Of a stretch of 64,000 nucleotides of DNA, positions 34,748 to 43,578 are shown piece after piece. Under the pieces are notes generated by a model that was given only the letters and a program-made list of their open reading frames with translations, made no database searches and was not told the DNA's origin. The DNA is taken from assembly GCA_050015075.1 (NCBI GenBank), contig JBEKCB010000020.1, positions 25,410-89,409 on the forward strand. Reading direction: 5' to 3'. The translations under genes were made by a program, and so were the position numbers. This stretch comes from Candidatus Brocadiia bacterium. Lineage in GTDB: Bacteria; Planctomycetota; Brocadiia; CAIUPP01. The stretch's first letter is position 1. Every line of letters begins with the position of its first letter.

Positions 34748-36979
34748 ATGAAAAAGGCTCCGGAGCGCCTGCGCGCCGCACGCCGATTCCTTCCAGCCGC
34801 GCTGATCGTTGCGGCGGCGCTGCTCGCCTACTGGCCGGCGCTGCGCGGCGGCTATATCTGGGACGACGAGGTCCTGATTGTCAAGAACCGCGACGTGCGC
34901 GCGGAGGACGGGCTGCTCCGAGTCTGGTTCAACCGCAAGTCGCTCGAATACCTCCCGCTGACCTACAGCATGCACTGGCTGGAGTGGCGCGTTTTCAAGG
35001 GGTCGGCGACGGGCCCGCACGTGATCAACGTCCTGCTCCATGGCCTGAGCGCGGCGCTGCTCGGTTTCGTCCTCCAGCGGCTGCGCGTGCCCGGGGCGTG
35101 GCTGGCCGCGCTCCTCTTCGCCCTGCACCCGGTGGCGGTCGCCTCCGCCGCGTGGCTCTCCGAACGCAAGAACACGCTCTCGATGGTCCTCTACCTCGGG
35201 AGCATCCTGGCGTATCTGCACTTTGAGGACGTCCCGGATCGCGCCGGTCCTCAACACGACGACACGGCGAAGGGCCAGCGGCATTATTTTCTTTCTCTTG
35301 GCTTGTTCCTGTTGGCGCTGCTCGCGAAGACCTCGGTGGTGATGCTGCCGGTGGTGCTGTTGCTGCTGGCGTGGTGGCGGCGAGGAAAGGTGGCGGGCCG
35401 GGACCTGCTTCGGACAGTCCCGTTCTTCGCGTTGTCGCTGGCGCTGGGACTGGTGACGGTGTGGTTCCAATGGCATAACGCCATCGGGCAGGAGGTGGCC
35501 CGGCCCGAGGGTGCCGCCTCGCGCGTCGCCGCCGCCGGCTGGATCGCGTGGTTCTACCTCTACAAGATACTGCTGCCGGCGGGCCTGTACGCGATCTACC
35601 CGCGGTGGGAAGTGAGCGGCTCGTCCGTCCTCTCTTTCCTTCCGCTCGCGCTGCTGGCGGCGGCGACGGCGCTCCTCTGGGCAAAGCGCAAGCGCTGGGG
35701 CCCGGGACCGCTGGTCGCGTGGGCGTACTTCATGGTCTCGCTCCTGCCGGTGCTGGGGTTCGCAGAGATGTCGTTCATGCACCTGTCACTGGTGGCGGAT
35801 CATCTTCAATATCTGGCCATGCCGGGGATCCTTGCGCTGGCGGCGGCGCTCCTCGCGCGCGCGACGGCCGGCGGGAGCGGAGGCCGTCGAGCCGCCGTGG
35901 CCGTGGGAATCTGCCTGGCGGCGCTGGCGGCGCTCACGTTCCAGCGCGCCGGCGTCTTCAGCAGCAACCAGCGCCTCTGGCGCGATAACCTGGTGAAGAG
36001 CCCGCGCTCGGCGCCGCTCTGGTGCGACCTGGGCCTGGCGTACTTCGCCGCGGGCGCCCCGGACGAGGCGATCCGCTACTTCGACAAGTCGCTGGAACTG
36101 GACCCCAGGTACTACCACGCGTGGCTCGGACGAGGCATCGCCCGCGCCGCCGCCAACCGGTCCGCCGAGGCCATCCGCGACTACGACCAGGCCATTGCGT
36201 TCAAGCCGGACTCCGCCGTGGCGTGGTATAACCGGAGCAACGCCTACTTCAACACCGGCCACCCGGCGGAGGCGCTGCGCGACCTGGACAAGGCCATCGC
36301 GCTCAATCCCGATTACGCTGAGGCGTACCTCAACCGCGGCCTCATCTACGCGGCCGCCAGGCGCTACGCCGAGGCCGTACGCGACTACGACCAGGCCATT
36401 GCGGTCCAGTCCGATTGCGCCCAGGCCTACGTCAATCGCGGCCTGGTCTTCGCGGCTACCAACCGGTCCGCCGAGGCCATGCGCGACTACGATCAGGCCA
36501 TCGAACTCAAGCCCGATTGCGTCGAGGCGTGGTACAACCGCGGCACCGCTTATGCCCGCGCCGGCCGCCTGGACTTGGCCCTGCGCGACCTGGACGAGGC
36601 CATCGCGCTCAAGCCCGATTACACCCAGGCGTACATCAATCGCGGCAACGTCTACATGGCCGCACGGCGTTACGCCGAGGCTATCGGCGACTACGGCAAG
36701 GCCGTCGCCTGCGATCCGCGCAATGCCGATGCCTGGTACAATCGCGCCAACGCTTGCCTGGCCGCCAACCGGCCGGCGGAGGCGGTCCAGGACCTGGATC
36801 GGCTGATCGAGCTGCGGCCGCGGGAAGCGCGCGGGTATTACCTGCGCGCCACCGCCCGCAGGCTCATGAAGCAAGACAGCGAGGCGCTCGCGGACCTGCT
36901 GATGGTCCGGCAACTCGGCGGGACGGTGCCGGAGGAACTCCTGCGCTCCCTCGCCCACTCTGCGCAACCGACTCGCTGA
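34748..36979 (+). CDS. TMTC-like GT-C membrane glycosyltransferase with C-terminal TPR repeats (paralog 1)
   Basis: YIWDD, YLPLT, H..NVLLH, LFALHP, WLSERK, ALLAK, ADHLQY; about 11 TM helices, then about 9 TPRs (AWYNRG..Y, A..DYDQAI.L.P). Confidence 0.85.
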   Translation: MKKAPERLRAARRFLPAALIVAAALLAYWPALRGGYIWDDEVLIVKNRDVRAEDGLLRVWFNRKSLEYLPLTYSMHWLEWRVFKGSATGPHVINVLLHGLSAALLGFVLQRLRVPGAWLAALLFALHPVAVASAAWLSERKNTLSMVLYLGSILAYLHFEDVPDRAGPQHDDTAKGQRHYFLSLGLFLLALLAKTSVVMLPVVLLLLAWWRRGKVAGRDLLRTVPFFALSLALGLVTVWFQWHNAIGQEVARPEGAASRVAAAGWIAWFYLYKILLPAGLYAIYPRWEVSGSSVLSFLPLALLAAATALLWAKRKRWGPGPLVAWAYFMVSLLPVLGFAEMSFMHLSLVADHLQYLAMPGILALAAALLARATAGGSGGRRAAVAVGICLAALAALTFQRAGVFSSNQRLWRDNLVKSPRSAPLWCDLGLAYFAAGAPDEAIRYFDKSLELDPRYYHAWLGRGIARAAANRSAEAIRDYDQAIAFKPDSAVAWYNRSNAYFNTGHPAEALRDLDKAIALNPDYAEAYLNRGLIYAAARRYAEAVRDYDQAIAVQSDCAQAYVNRGLVFAATNRSAEAMRDYDQAIELKPDCVEAWYNRGTAYARAGRLDLALRDLDEAIALKPDYTQAYINRGNVYMAARRYAEAIGDYGKAVACDPRNADAWYNRANACLAANRPAEAVQDLDRLIELRPREARGYYLRATARRLMKQDSEALADLLMVRQLGGTVPEELLRSLAHSAQPTR

Positions 36980-37032
36980 TTTTCCGCCCGGGGCTGCCGC
37001 GACCTGCTCCAAGGCGCCGCGAGGCCAATCGC

Positions 37033-37061
37033 TTGACGCGACCGGCCTGCGCCGTCAAAAT
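37033..37061 (+). promoter_or_regulatory. Promoter TTGACG-N17-CAAAAT, 7 nt before ATG
   Basis: Duplicated together with its gene. Confidence 0.6.
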
Positions 37062-37068
37062 GGGGCGC

Positions 37069-39369
37069 ATGAGCCAGGCCCCGGAGCGCCCGCGCGCCTC
37101 ACGCCGATTCCTTCCAGCCGCACTGATCGTCGCGGCGGTGCTGCTCGCCTACGCGCCGGTTTTCCGCGCCGGGTTCATCTGGGACGATGACAAGTTCCTG
37201 ACCGAGAACCCGCTCATCCATGCCCCCGACGGCCTGTACCGTTTCTGGTTCACCGCGGAGCCGCCGGACTACTTCCCGCTGACCTCCAGCATGCTCTGGT
37301 TCGAGTGGCGTTTGTGGGGGCCGAACGCATTCGGCTACCACCTGGTCAACGTGCTGCTGCATGCGGCGAGCGCGGTGCTGCTCTGGCGCGTGCTTCTGCG
37401 GCTCAAGGTTCCCGGCGCGTGGCTGGCGGGGCTGCTCTTCGCGGTGCACCCGGTGGCGGTCGAGTCGGTGGCGTGGATCACCGAGCGCAAGAACACCCTG
37501 CCGATGGTGTTCTACCTGGCGAGTATCCTGGCGTATCTGCGTTTTGAGGACGGCTGTTCTCACCACGACGACACGACGGACGGCAATCCGCAGTATTTGT
37601 TTTCTCTTGGCCTGTTCCTGCTGGCCCTGCTGGCGAAGACCTCGGTAGTGATGCTGCCGGCGGTGCTGCTTCTCTGCGCGTGGTGGCGGCGCGGAAAAGT
37701 TACGGCGCGGGACCTGCTCCGGATGGTTCCGTTCTTCGCGCTGTCGCTGGCGCTGGGGCTGGTGACGGTGTGGTTCCAATGGCACAACGCCATCGGGCAT
37801 GAGATGATCCGCACGGAGGGCGCGGCCTCGCGCGTCGCCGGCGCCGGCTGGATCGTGTGGTTCTACCTCTACAAGATCCTGCTGCCGGCAGGACTGTGCG
37901 CCGCCTACCCGCTGTGGGAAGTGGATGGCTCCAGCGTCCTGTGTTTCCTCCCGATCGCGCTGCTGGCGGCGACGACGGCGCTTCTCTGGGCGGGACGCAG
38001 GCGCTGGGGCTCGGGGCCGCTGGTCGCCTGGGCGTACTTCATGGTCCTGCTCCTGCCGGTGCTGGGGTTTGTGGAAATGACGTTCATGGAACTGTCGCTG
38101 GTGGCGGACCATCTTCAGTACGCGGCGATGCCCGGCATCCTGGCGCTGGCGGCGGGACTGCTGGCTTGCGTCATGGAGCGGCCCGGCGCGCCCGCCCGCC
38201 GAAGCCCCCGCGAAGGCAGGTGGCGCCCGGTCGCAGTGGCCGCCGCCGGCGCGCTGGTCCTGGCCTGCGCCGCCCTCACTTTCTGCCGGACCTTCGTCTA
38301 CCATGACGAGGAAACGCTCTGGCGCGACACGCTGGCGAAGAACCCGAAGGCGTGGATCGCTAAAGTCAACCTGAGCGACCTGCTCCTCCGGCGCGCGACG
38401 GCGCCCGGCGCGGACTCGGCCGCGCTCCTCGCCGAGGCGGGACGATACCGCCAGGAGGCGATTCGCAACCTGGACCAGGCCATTGTTCTCAGGCCCGACG
38501 ACGCGCAAGCGTACCTCGATCGCGGCAATATCCAGGTGGAAGCCCGGCGCTACGCCGAGGGCATCTACGACTACGACCAGGCCATCGCGCTCAAGCCCGA
38601 CTACGTCGCGGCGTGGTACAACCGCGGCAACAGCTACTTCAGCGCCGGCCGATCCGCGGAGGCCTTGCGCGACCTGGATCAGGCCATCGCGCTCAACCCC
38701 GACTTCGCCGAGGCGTACGTCAACCGCGCCAACATCCACGCGGCCGCCGGGCGTTACGACGAAGCCCTGCGCGACTACGACCGGGCCATCGCGCTCAAGC
38801 CGGCTTACGCCGCGGCCTGGTTCCACCGAGGCAACGTCTATGCCAAGGCCGGCCGCCCCGAGGAGGCGCTGCGTGACCTGGACCAGGCCATCGAACTCAG
38901 GCCCGGTTACGCCGAGGAGTGGTTCATCCGAGGCAACGTCTATGCCAAGGCCGGCCACCCTGAAGATGCCCTGCGCGACCTGGACCAGGCCATTGCGCTC
39001 AAGCCCGATTACGCCGAGGCGTACGTCAATCGCGGCATCATCCACGCGTCCGCCGGGCGCCAGGACCAGGCCCTGCGCGACTACGATCAAGCTATCGCTT
39101 GCAACCCGCGCAACGCCGACGCCTGGTACAATCGCGGCAACGTTCATCTGGCCGCCGGCCGGCCGGCGGAGGCGGTCCTTGACTTCAGCCGGGCGATCGA
39201 GCTGCGGCCGCGGGACGCGGATGCGTATTTCAACCGCGCCGTCGCACGTCACCGCATGAAACAAGACCGCGAGGCGCTCGCGGACCTGCTGACAGTCCGG
39301 CAACTCGGCGGGACGGTGCCGGAGGAACTCCTGCGCTCCCTTGGCCAGCCCGCGCAGCCGACTCGGTGA
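37069..39369 (+). CDS. TMTC-like GT-C membrane glycosyltransferase with TPR repeats (paralog 2)
   Basis: FIWDDD, YFPLT, YHLVNVLLH, HPVAVESVAWITERK; highly similar to paralog 1 including the C-terminus. Confidence 0.85.
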   Translation: MSQAPERPRASRRFLPAALIVAAVLLAYAPVFRAGFIWDDDKFLTENPLIHAPDGLYRFWFTAEPPDYFPLTSSMLWFEWRLWGPNAFGYHLVNVLLHAASAVLLWRVLLRLKVPGAWLAGLLFAVHPVAVESVAWITERKNTLPMVFYLASILAYLRFEDGCSHHDDTTDGNPQYLFSLGLFLLALLAKTSVVMLPAVLLLCAWWRRGKVTARDLLRMVPFFALSLALGLVTVWFQWHNAIGHEMIRTEGAASRVAGAGWIVWFYLYKILLPAGLCAAYPLWEVDGSSVLCFLPIALLAATTALLWAGRRRWGSGPLVAWAYFMVLLLPVLGFVEMTFMELSLVADHLQYAAMPGILALAAGLLACVMERPGAPARRSPREGRWRPVAVAAAGALVLACAALTFCRTFVYHDEETLWRDTLAKNPKAWIAKVNLSDLLLRRATAPGADSAALLAEAGRYRQEAIRNLDQAIVLRPDDAQAYLDRGNIQVEARRYAEGIYDYDQAIALKPDYVAAWYNRGNSYFSAGRSAEALRDLDQAIALNPDFAEAYVNRANIHAAAGRYDEALRDYDRAIALKPAYAAAWFHRGNVYAKAGRPEEALRDLDQAIELRPGYAEEWFIRGNVYAKAGHPEDALRDLDQAIALKPDYAEAYVNRGIIHASAGRQDQALRDYDQAIACNPRNADAWYNRGNVHLAAGRPAEAVLDFSRAIELRPRDADAYFNRAVARHRMKQDREALADLLTVRQLGGTVPEELLRSLGQPAQPTR

Positions 39370-39398
39370 TTGAGCGAAGACTCCGCCGACGACGCTTG

Positions 39399-39428
39399 TT
39401 GACGCTGCGCCGTGCCGGAGCGTATCAT
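39399..39428 (+). promoter_or_regulatory. Promoter TTGACG-N18-TATCAT
   Basis: Upstream of the 39614 gene. Confidence 0.5.
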
Positions 39429-39446
39429 TACTGATGTTCGCATATA

Positions 39447-39548
39447 GAAAGGAATGCTCTCGCCAAGACGCAAAGAACGCAAAGAACGAAAAACAACTTG
39501 ATTATGTCGTTCTTGGCGCTCTTGGCGTCTTTGCGAGAGACCTTTCCT
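39447..39548. repeat. Long hairpin made of inverted 9-mer repeats (CGC(C/A)AAGA)
   Basis: ctcgccaagacgcaaagaacgcaaagaacg ... cgttcttggcgctcttggcgtctttgcgag. Confidence 0.75.
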
Positions 39549-39613
39549 TTTCTTACGCGAAGATCAAAAAATCGTCCGGCTTGTCCCGATGCTTCTTCAC
39601 GAACGGAGTCCGC

Positions 39614-42600
39614 ATGAAACATCAATCCTCATGGTGGGTCGCGTTGTTGCTGGCGGTGGGGCTGGTTTCGGCGACGTTCGCCCAGGAGGCGCCGAAGGCT
39701 GCGCCGGAGGCGGCCAAGCCCGCGCTGATGGACCGCGCGGCGACGCTCGCGGCGGCCGCGGAGGTCACGAAGGCCAAGTATCCCGACGCGGACGACGTGC
39801 TGGTGGACGATTTCATTTTCATCCGCTACGAGGCCGACGGCACGTCGGTGACGTTCGACGAGACCTGGACGAAGGTGCTCACCGACAAGGGCCGGCGCGA
39901 TAACGAGCGGATGTCGCTCGATTTCGACGAGGCGTTCAGCAAGGTGTCGCTCGACCTCCTCGAGGTGATCAAGCCGGACGGCGCGGCCGTGCCGGTGGAC
40001 ATCGCCGCGCAGAGCCGCGTGACGACCGAGAGCGGCCAGATGAGTTCAAATATCTACGACCCGAACCGCAAGCTGCTCGAGGTCGGCATTCCCGGCCTGG
40101 CCGTCGGCGACATCGTCCATTACCGCGCGATCCACACCACGTTCAAGGCGCGCGTGCAGAACACCTGGAGCGATTGGACCGAGCTCGAGGCCACCTCGCC
40201 GATCCGCCACTTCCTCTACGAGGTCTCCGGCCCGAAGGAACTTCCGCTGCGCAGCATCGCGCTCAAGGACGAGGTGCCCGGCACGGTGACCTTCTCGCAG
40301 TCCGAGCGGGACGGCCGCCTCATCTATCACTGGGAGGCGCGCGACGTGCCGCGCATGTATCAAGAGCCGAGCATGCCGCCGATCTACACCTGCGTCCAGC
40401 GCCTGCTGGTCAGCACCATCGCCGACTGGCGCGAAATCTCCAAGTGGTACTGGCAGATCAGCCTGCCGCACCTTGCGCCGACGGATGGCATGAAGGCGAC
40501 CGTGGCCGAACTCACCCAGGGCCTGACCGACCGCCGGAAGAAGATCGAGGCGCTGTTCAAGTTCGTCTCGCAGAAGGTGCGGTACATGGGCATCACGCTC
40601 GAGAAGGACGCGCCCGGATACGAGCCGCACGACGTGCGTATCACGTTCGACAACAAGTACGGCGTCTGCCGCGACAAGGCGGCGCTCCTCGTCGAGATGC
40701 TGCGCCTGGCGGAGATCGAGGCGTTCCCCGTGCTGATCGAGGTCGGCCCCAAGAAGGACGCCGACGTCCCGCAGCCGTATTTCAACCACGCCATCGTCGC
40801 CGCGCGCGAGCCTGACGGCTCGTACCTGCTGATGGACCCGACTGACGAGAACACCCGCGAGCTGCTGCCGGCCTACCTCTCGAACGACAGCTACCTGGTC
40901 GCCACGCCCGAGGGCGAAACGCTGAAGACCTCTCCGATCACGCCGGCGACGGAGAACCTGATGCGCATCGAGACGACGGCCACGCTCAACGCCGCCGGCG
41001 ACCTGACCGCCGAGAGCGTGCTGCATTTCGACGGGATCAACGACAGCGTGTACCGCGACCATTTCTCGCGCATGCCGCCGGAGGAGCGGCGGGTGTTCTT
41101 CGAGGGCCTGGTGCGGCGCGTCGCGACGGGCGCGCGGCTGAGCGGGTTCGAGCTGACGCCGGCGGACTTGATGGACACGACCGCGCCGCTCACGGCCAAG
41201 CTGCGGTTCGAGGCGCGCGGCATACCGATCACCAACGGCGAAACGGTGCTCCTGCCGCTGCCGGGCATCGGCGCGCGCGTGGGCATGGTCAATTTCATCC
41301 TCGGCGGAACCGGTCTCGAGAAGCGCAAGTACCCGCTCGTCACCGAGATCGCCTGCGGCCTGCAGGAGACGCTGAAGCTGCAGGCCGAGGACATCGGCCA
41401 GACGCTCGCGCTGCCGGCGTACGAGCCGGTGGAGAACGAGGCGGTGAGTTACTCGGAATCGTTCGCGCGCGACGGGAACACGCTCACGCGCACGGAGACG
41501 TTCCTGCTGAAGGTCGTCGAGTTCACGCCCGCTCAGTACCTCACGCTGAAGGAGGCGCTGAGGACGATGGAGCGCGACGCGCGGCAGAAGGCGATCTTCG
41601 CCGCCGCGCAGCCGCCCGCCGACGCGGAGATCCTCAGCGACAGCACGGAGTTCGAGCTGGCCGATTCCCACTCCTGGACCGAGACGCGCACCGTCCGCAT
41701 GAAGGTGCTCACGTACGGCGGGAAGAAAAAGAACTCCGAGGTCAAGCTCGGCTACAACCCGGCGTGGGAAGAGCTGACGCTCGAAAGCGCCACGGTCACC
41801 AGCCCGGACGGGTCGTCGGTGAAAGCCGCGAAGAAGGAAGAGCAGAACCTCATGGACGCCGAGTGGGCCGGATCGGCCCCGCGATATCCGGCCGCCAAGA
41901 CGCTCGTCGTCAGCCTGCCCGGCGTCGAGGTCGGCAGCGTGATCGAGTACAAGGTCAGGCGCGTCTGCAAGGACCGGCCGTTCTTCGCCGCGCGCGTCGC
42001 GTTCCGCGGCATTGACCCGGTCCATTCGCGCACGCTGAGCGTCACCGTCCCGGCCGACCTCCCGCTGGCCGTCCAGCCGCACTTCGCCGAGGCGCTCCAG
42101 GAGCAGTCGGAGACGCTCGAGAGCGCCGTGCGCCGCCAATGGTCGGCGGCGGAGCAGCGCGCCGTCAAGCCCGAGATCCTGCTCCCGCCGTCGTGGGCGT
42201 ACCTGCCGACCATCTGCCTCTCGACGGGGAACTGGAAAACCTACGGCGCCGAGGTCGCGGCCAGATTGAAGGAGGCCGCCTCCGGCCAGAAGGAAGCGCA
42301 GCGGCAGGCGAAGGCGCTGATCCAGGGCGCCGCAGACGACGCGGCCCGGCTGACCGCCATCCGCAATTTCGTCGCGAAGCAGGTCCGCTTCGCCGGGCCG
42401 GGGCTGGACGAGCTGCCGCTTTCGGCCGTCACGCCGGCCGACCGGACGCTCAAGGAAAGCTACGGCAACAGCGCCGACCGCGCCGTGCTGCTCCACGCCA
42501 TGCTGCGGGCCGCCGGCTTCCGGCCGGCGTTCGTCCTCGCCTCCGGCGTGTCGGTCGTCGCCAATCTGGCGCCGCCGCTCGACGGCGCGCCGAGCCCGTC

Positions 42601-43423
42601 GGACTTCAGCGCCGTGCTCGTGCGCGTGCGGCTCGACGGCAAAGAGGTGTACCTGAACGACACCGATGAGTACGCCGCGCTCGGCGCCACCGCGCACGAC
42701 GGTTGCTACGGACTCGGCATGGACGGCGGCAAGCTCTTCACCATCAACGCCCGGCCCATGATGCGGGACCGGAGCGACGAGGACTTCGACGTGACCGTGC
42801 AGGCCAACGGCGACGCCGTCATCCGCAAGCGCACGAATTACTACGGCTCCGGCTATGCCGACGCGCGCAAACGGTTCGCCGAGATGGTGCCCGAGGAGCG
42901 CCGCCGGTACTTCCTGGAGGCCATCGCGCAGATTTCCCAGGCCGCGGCCGCCGAGGGCGAGCTGGAGACGGCGTTCGATTCGTATCCCGGCGTCGAGCAA
43001 TTCACCGTCCGCGTCCCGGCCTACGCCGCCCGAAACGGCGACTATCTCTATTTCACGATGCCGGCCAGTCTGCAGGACCTTTTCGGCTTCCGGTCGGAGA
43101 CGCGCGACAACCCGATCTTCTGGTCGGGCCCGCGGCGGGTCACCATCCGCACCACGCTCACGCTGCCGCAGGAATTCGCCACACTGGCCTTGCAGCCGGC
43201 CGAAATCGAGTGGAAGGCCCCGCAAAGCGCCGGAGTGGTTCGCGTCCTGTCCTACAGGAGAAAGGAGGGCGCGGCGGCGCAGGCGGGATACGTCATCGAG
43301 CAGACCATGAACCTGGTGCCGGCCATGATCCCGGCGATTGACTACGAGGACCTGCTCCACATCCAGAGCCTGATGAACCACCCGAGCGCGCGCACGGTCC
43401 TGGCGACGGCGGGCGGCTCCTAA
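39614..43423 (+). CDS. Secreted protein with two DUF3857 + transglutaminase-like modules
   Basis: GGAG RBS, signal peptide; module 1 has YGVCRDKA, FNHAI, LMDPT; module 2 has YGNSADRA, FSAVL, YLND. Confidence 0.88.
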   Translation: MKHQSSWWVALLLAVGLVSATFAQEAPKAAPEAAKPALMDRAATLAAAAEVTKAKYPDADDVLVDDFIFIRYEADGTSVTFDETWTKVLTDKGRRDNERMSLDFDEAFSKVSLDLLEVIKPDGAAVPVDIAAQSRVTTESGQMSSNIYDPNRKLLEVGIPGLAVGDIVHYRAIHTTFKARVQNTWSDWTELEATSPIRHFLYEVSGPKELPLRSIALKDEVPGTVTFSQSERDGRLIYHWEARDVPRMYQEPSMPPIYTCVQRLLVSTIADWREISKWYWQISLPHLAPTDGMKATVAELTQGLTDRRKKIEALFKFVSQKVRYMGITLEKDAPGYEPHDVRITFDNKYGVCRDKAALLVEMLRLAEIEAFPVLIEVGPKKDADVPQPYFNHAIVAAREPDGSYLLMDPTDENTRELLPAYLSNDSYLVATPEGETLKTSPITPATENLMRIETTATLNAAGDLTAESVLHFDGINDSVYRDHFSRMPPEERRVFFEGLVRRVATGARLSGFELTPADLMDTTAPLTAKLRFEARGIPITNGETVLLPLPGIGARVGMVNFILGGTGLEKRKYPLVTEIACGLQETLKLQAEDIGQTLALPAYEPVENEAVSYSESFARDGNTLTRTETFLLKVVEFTPAQYLTLKEALRTMERDARQKAIFAAAQPPADAEILSDSTEFELADSHSWTETRTVRMKVLTYGGKKKNSEVKLGYNPAWEELTLESATVTSPDGSSVKAAKKEEQNLMDAEWAGSAPRYPAAKTLVVSLPGVEVGSVIEYKVRRVCKDRPFFAARVAFRGIDPVHSRTLSVTVPADLPLAVQPHFAEALQEQSETLESAVRRQWSAAEQRAVKPEILLPPSWAYLPTICLSTGNWKTYGAEVAARLKEAASGQKEAQRQAKALIQGAADDAARLTAIRNFVAKQVRFAGPGLDELPLSAVTPADRTLKESYGNSADRAVLLHAMLRAAGFRPAFVLASGVSVVANLAPPLDGAPSPSDFSAVLVRVRLDGKEVYLNDTDEYAALGATAHDGCYGLGMDGGKLFTINARPMMRDRSDEDFDVTVQANGDAVIRKRTNYYGSGYADARKRFAEMVPEERRRYFLEAIAQISQAAAAEGELETAFDSYPGVEQFTVRVPAYAARNGDYLYFTMPASLQDLFGFRSETRDNPIFWSGPRRVTIRTTLTLPQEFATLALQPAEIEWKAPQSAGVVRVLSYRRKEGAAAQAGYVIEQTMNLVPAMIPAIDYEDLLHIQSLMNHPSARTVLATAGGS

Positions 43424-43573
43424 GAAAATGCGCGCTCGACGCGCATTTTCTATTGATGCACCAGCCGCGCAGCCGTTGGCGCGGCTAATGTGCCCGGAGA
43501 AAACGCGCGCTCGACGCGCATTTTCTATTGATGCACCAGCCGCGCAGCCGTTGGCGCGGCTAATGTGCCCGGA
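43423..43573. repeat. Two tandem 75-bp units, each with two hairpins, between convergent genes
   Basis: Units 43423-43497 and 43498-43572 differ at one base; stems AGAAAATGCGCG/CGCGCATTTTCT and AGCCGCGC/GCGCGGCT. Confidence 0.9.
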
Positions 43574-43578
43574 ATAGA

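Noticed and set aside
36415-37068. N-terminal extension of the second TMTC-like ORF to 984 aa
   Set aside because: Off-frame overlap with paralog 1; paralog alignment fixes the start at 37069
36100-39369. Possible DGR template/variable repeat pair among the TPR repeats
   Set aside because: Differences are not adenine-specific, both copies are coding, and no reverse transcriptase is present
43423-43573. Possible CRISPR array
   Set aside because: Two contiguous 75-bp units with no spacers and no cas genes
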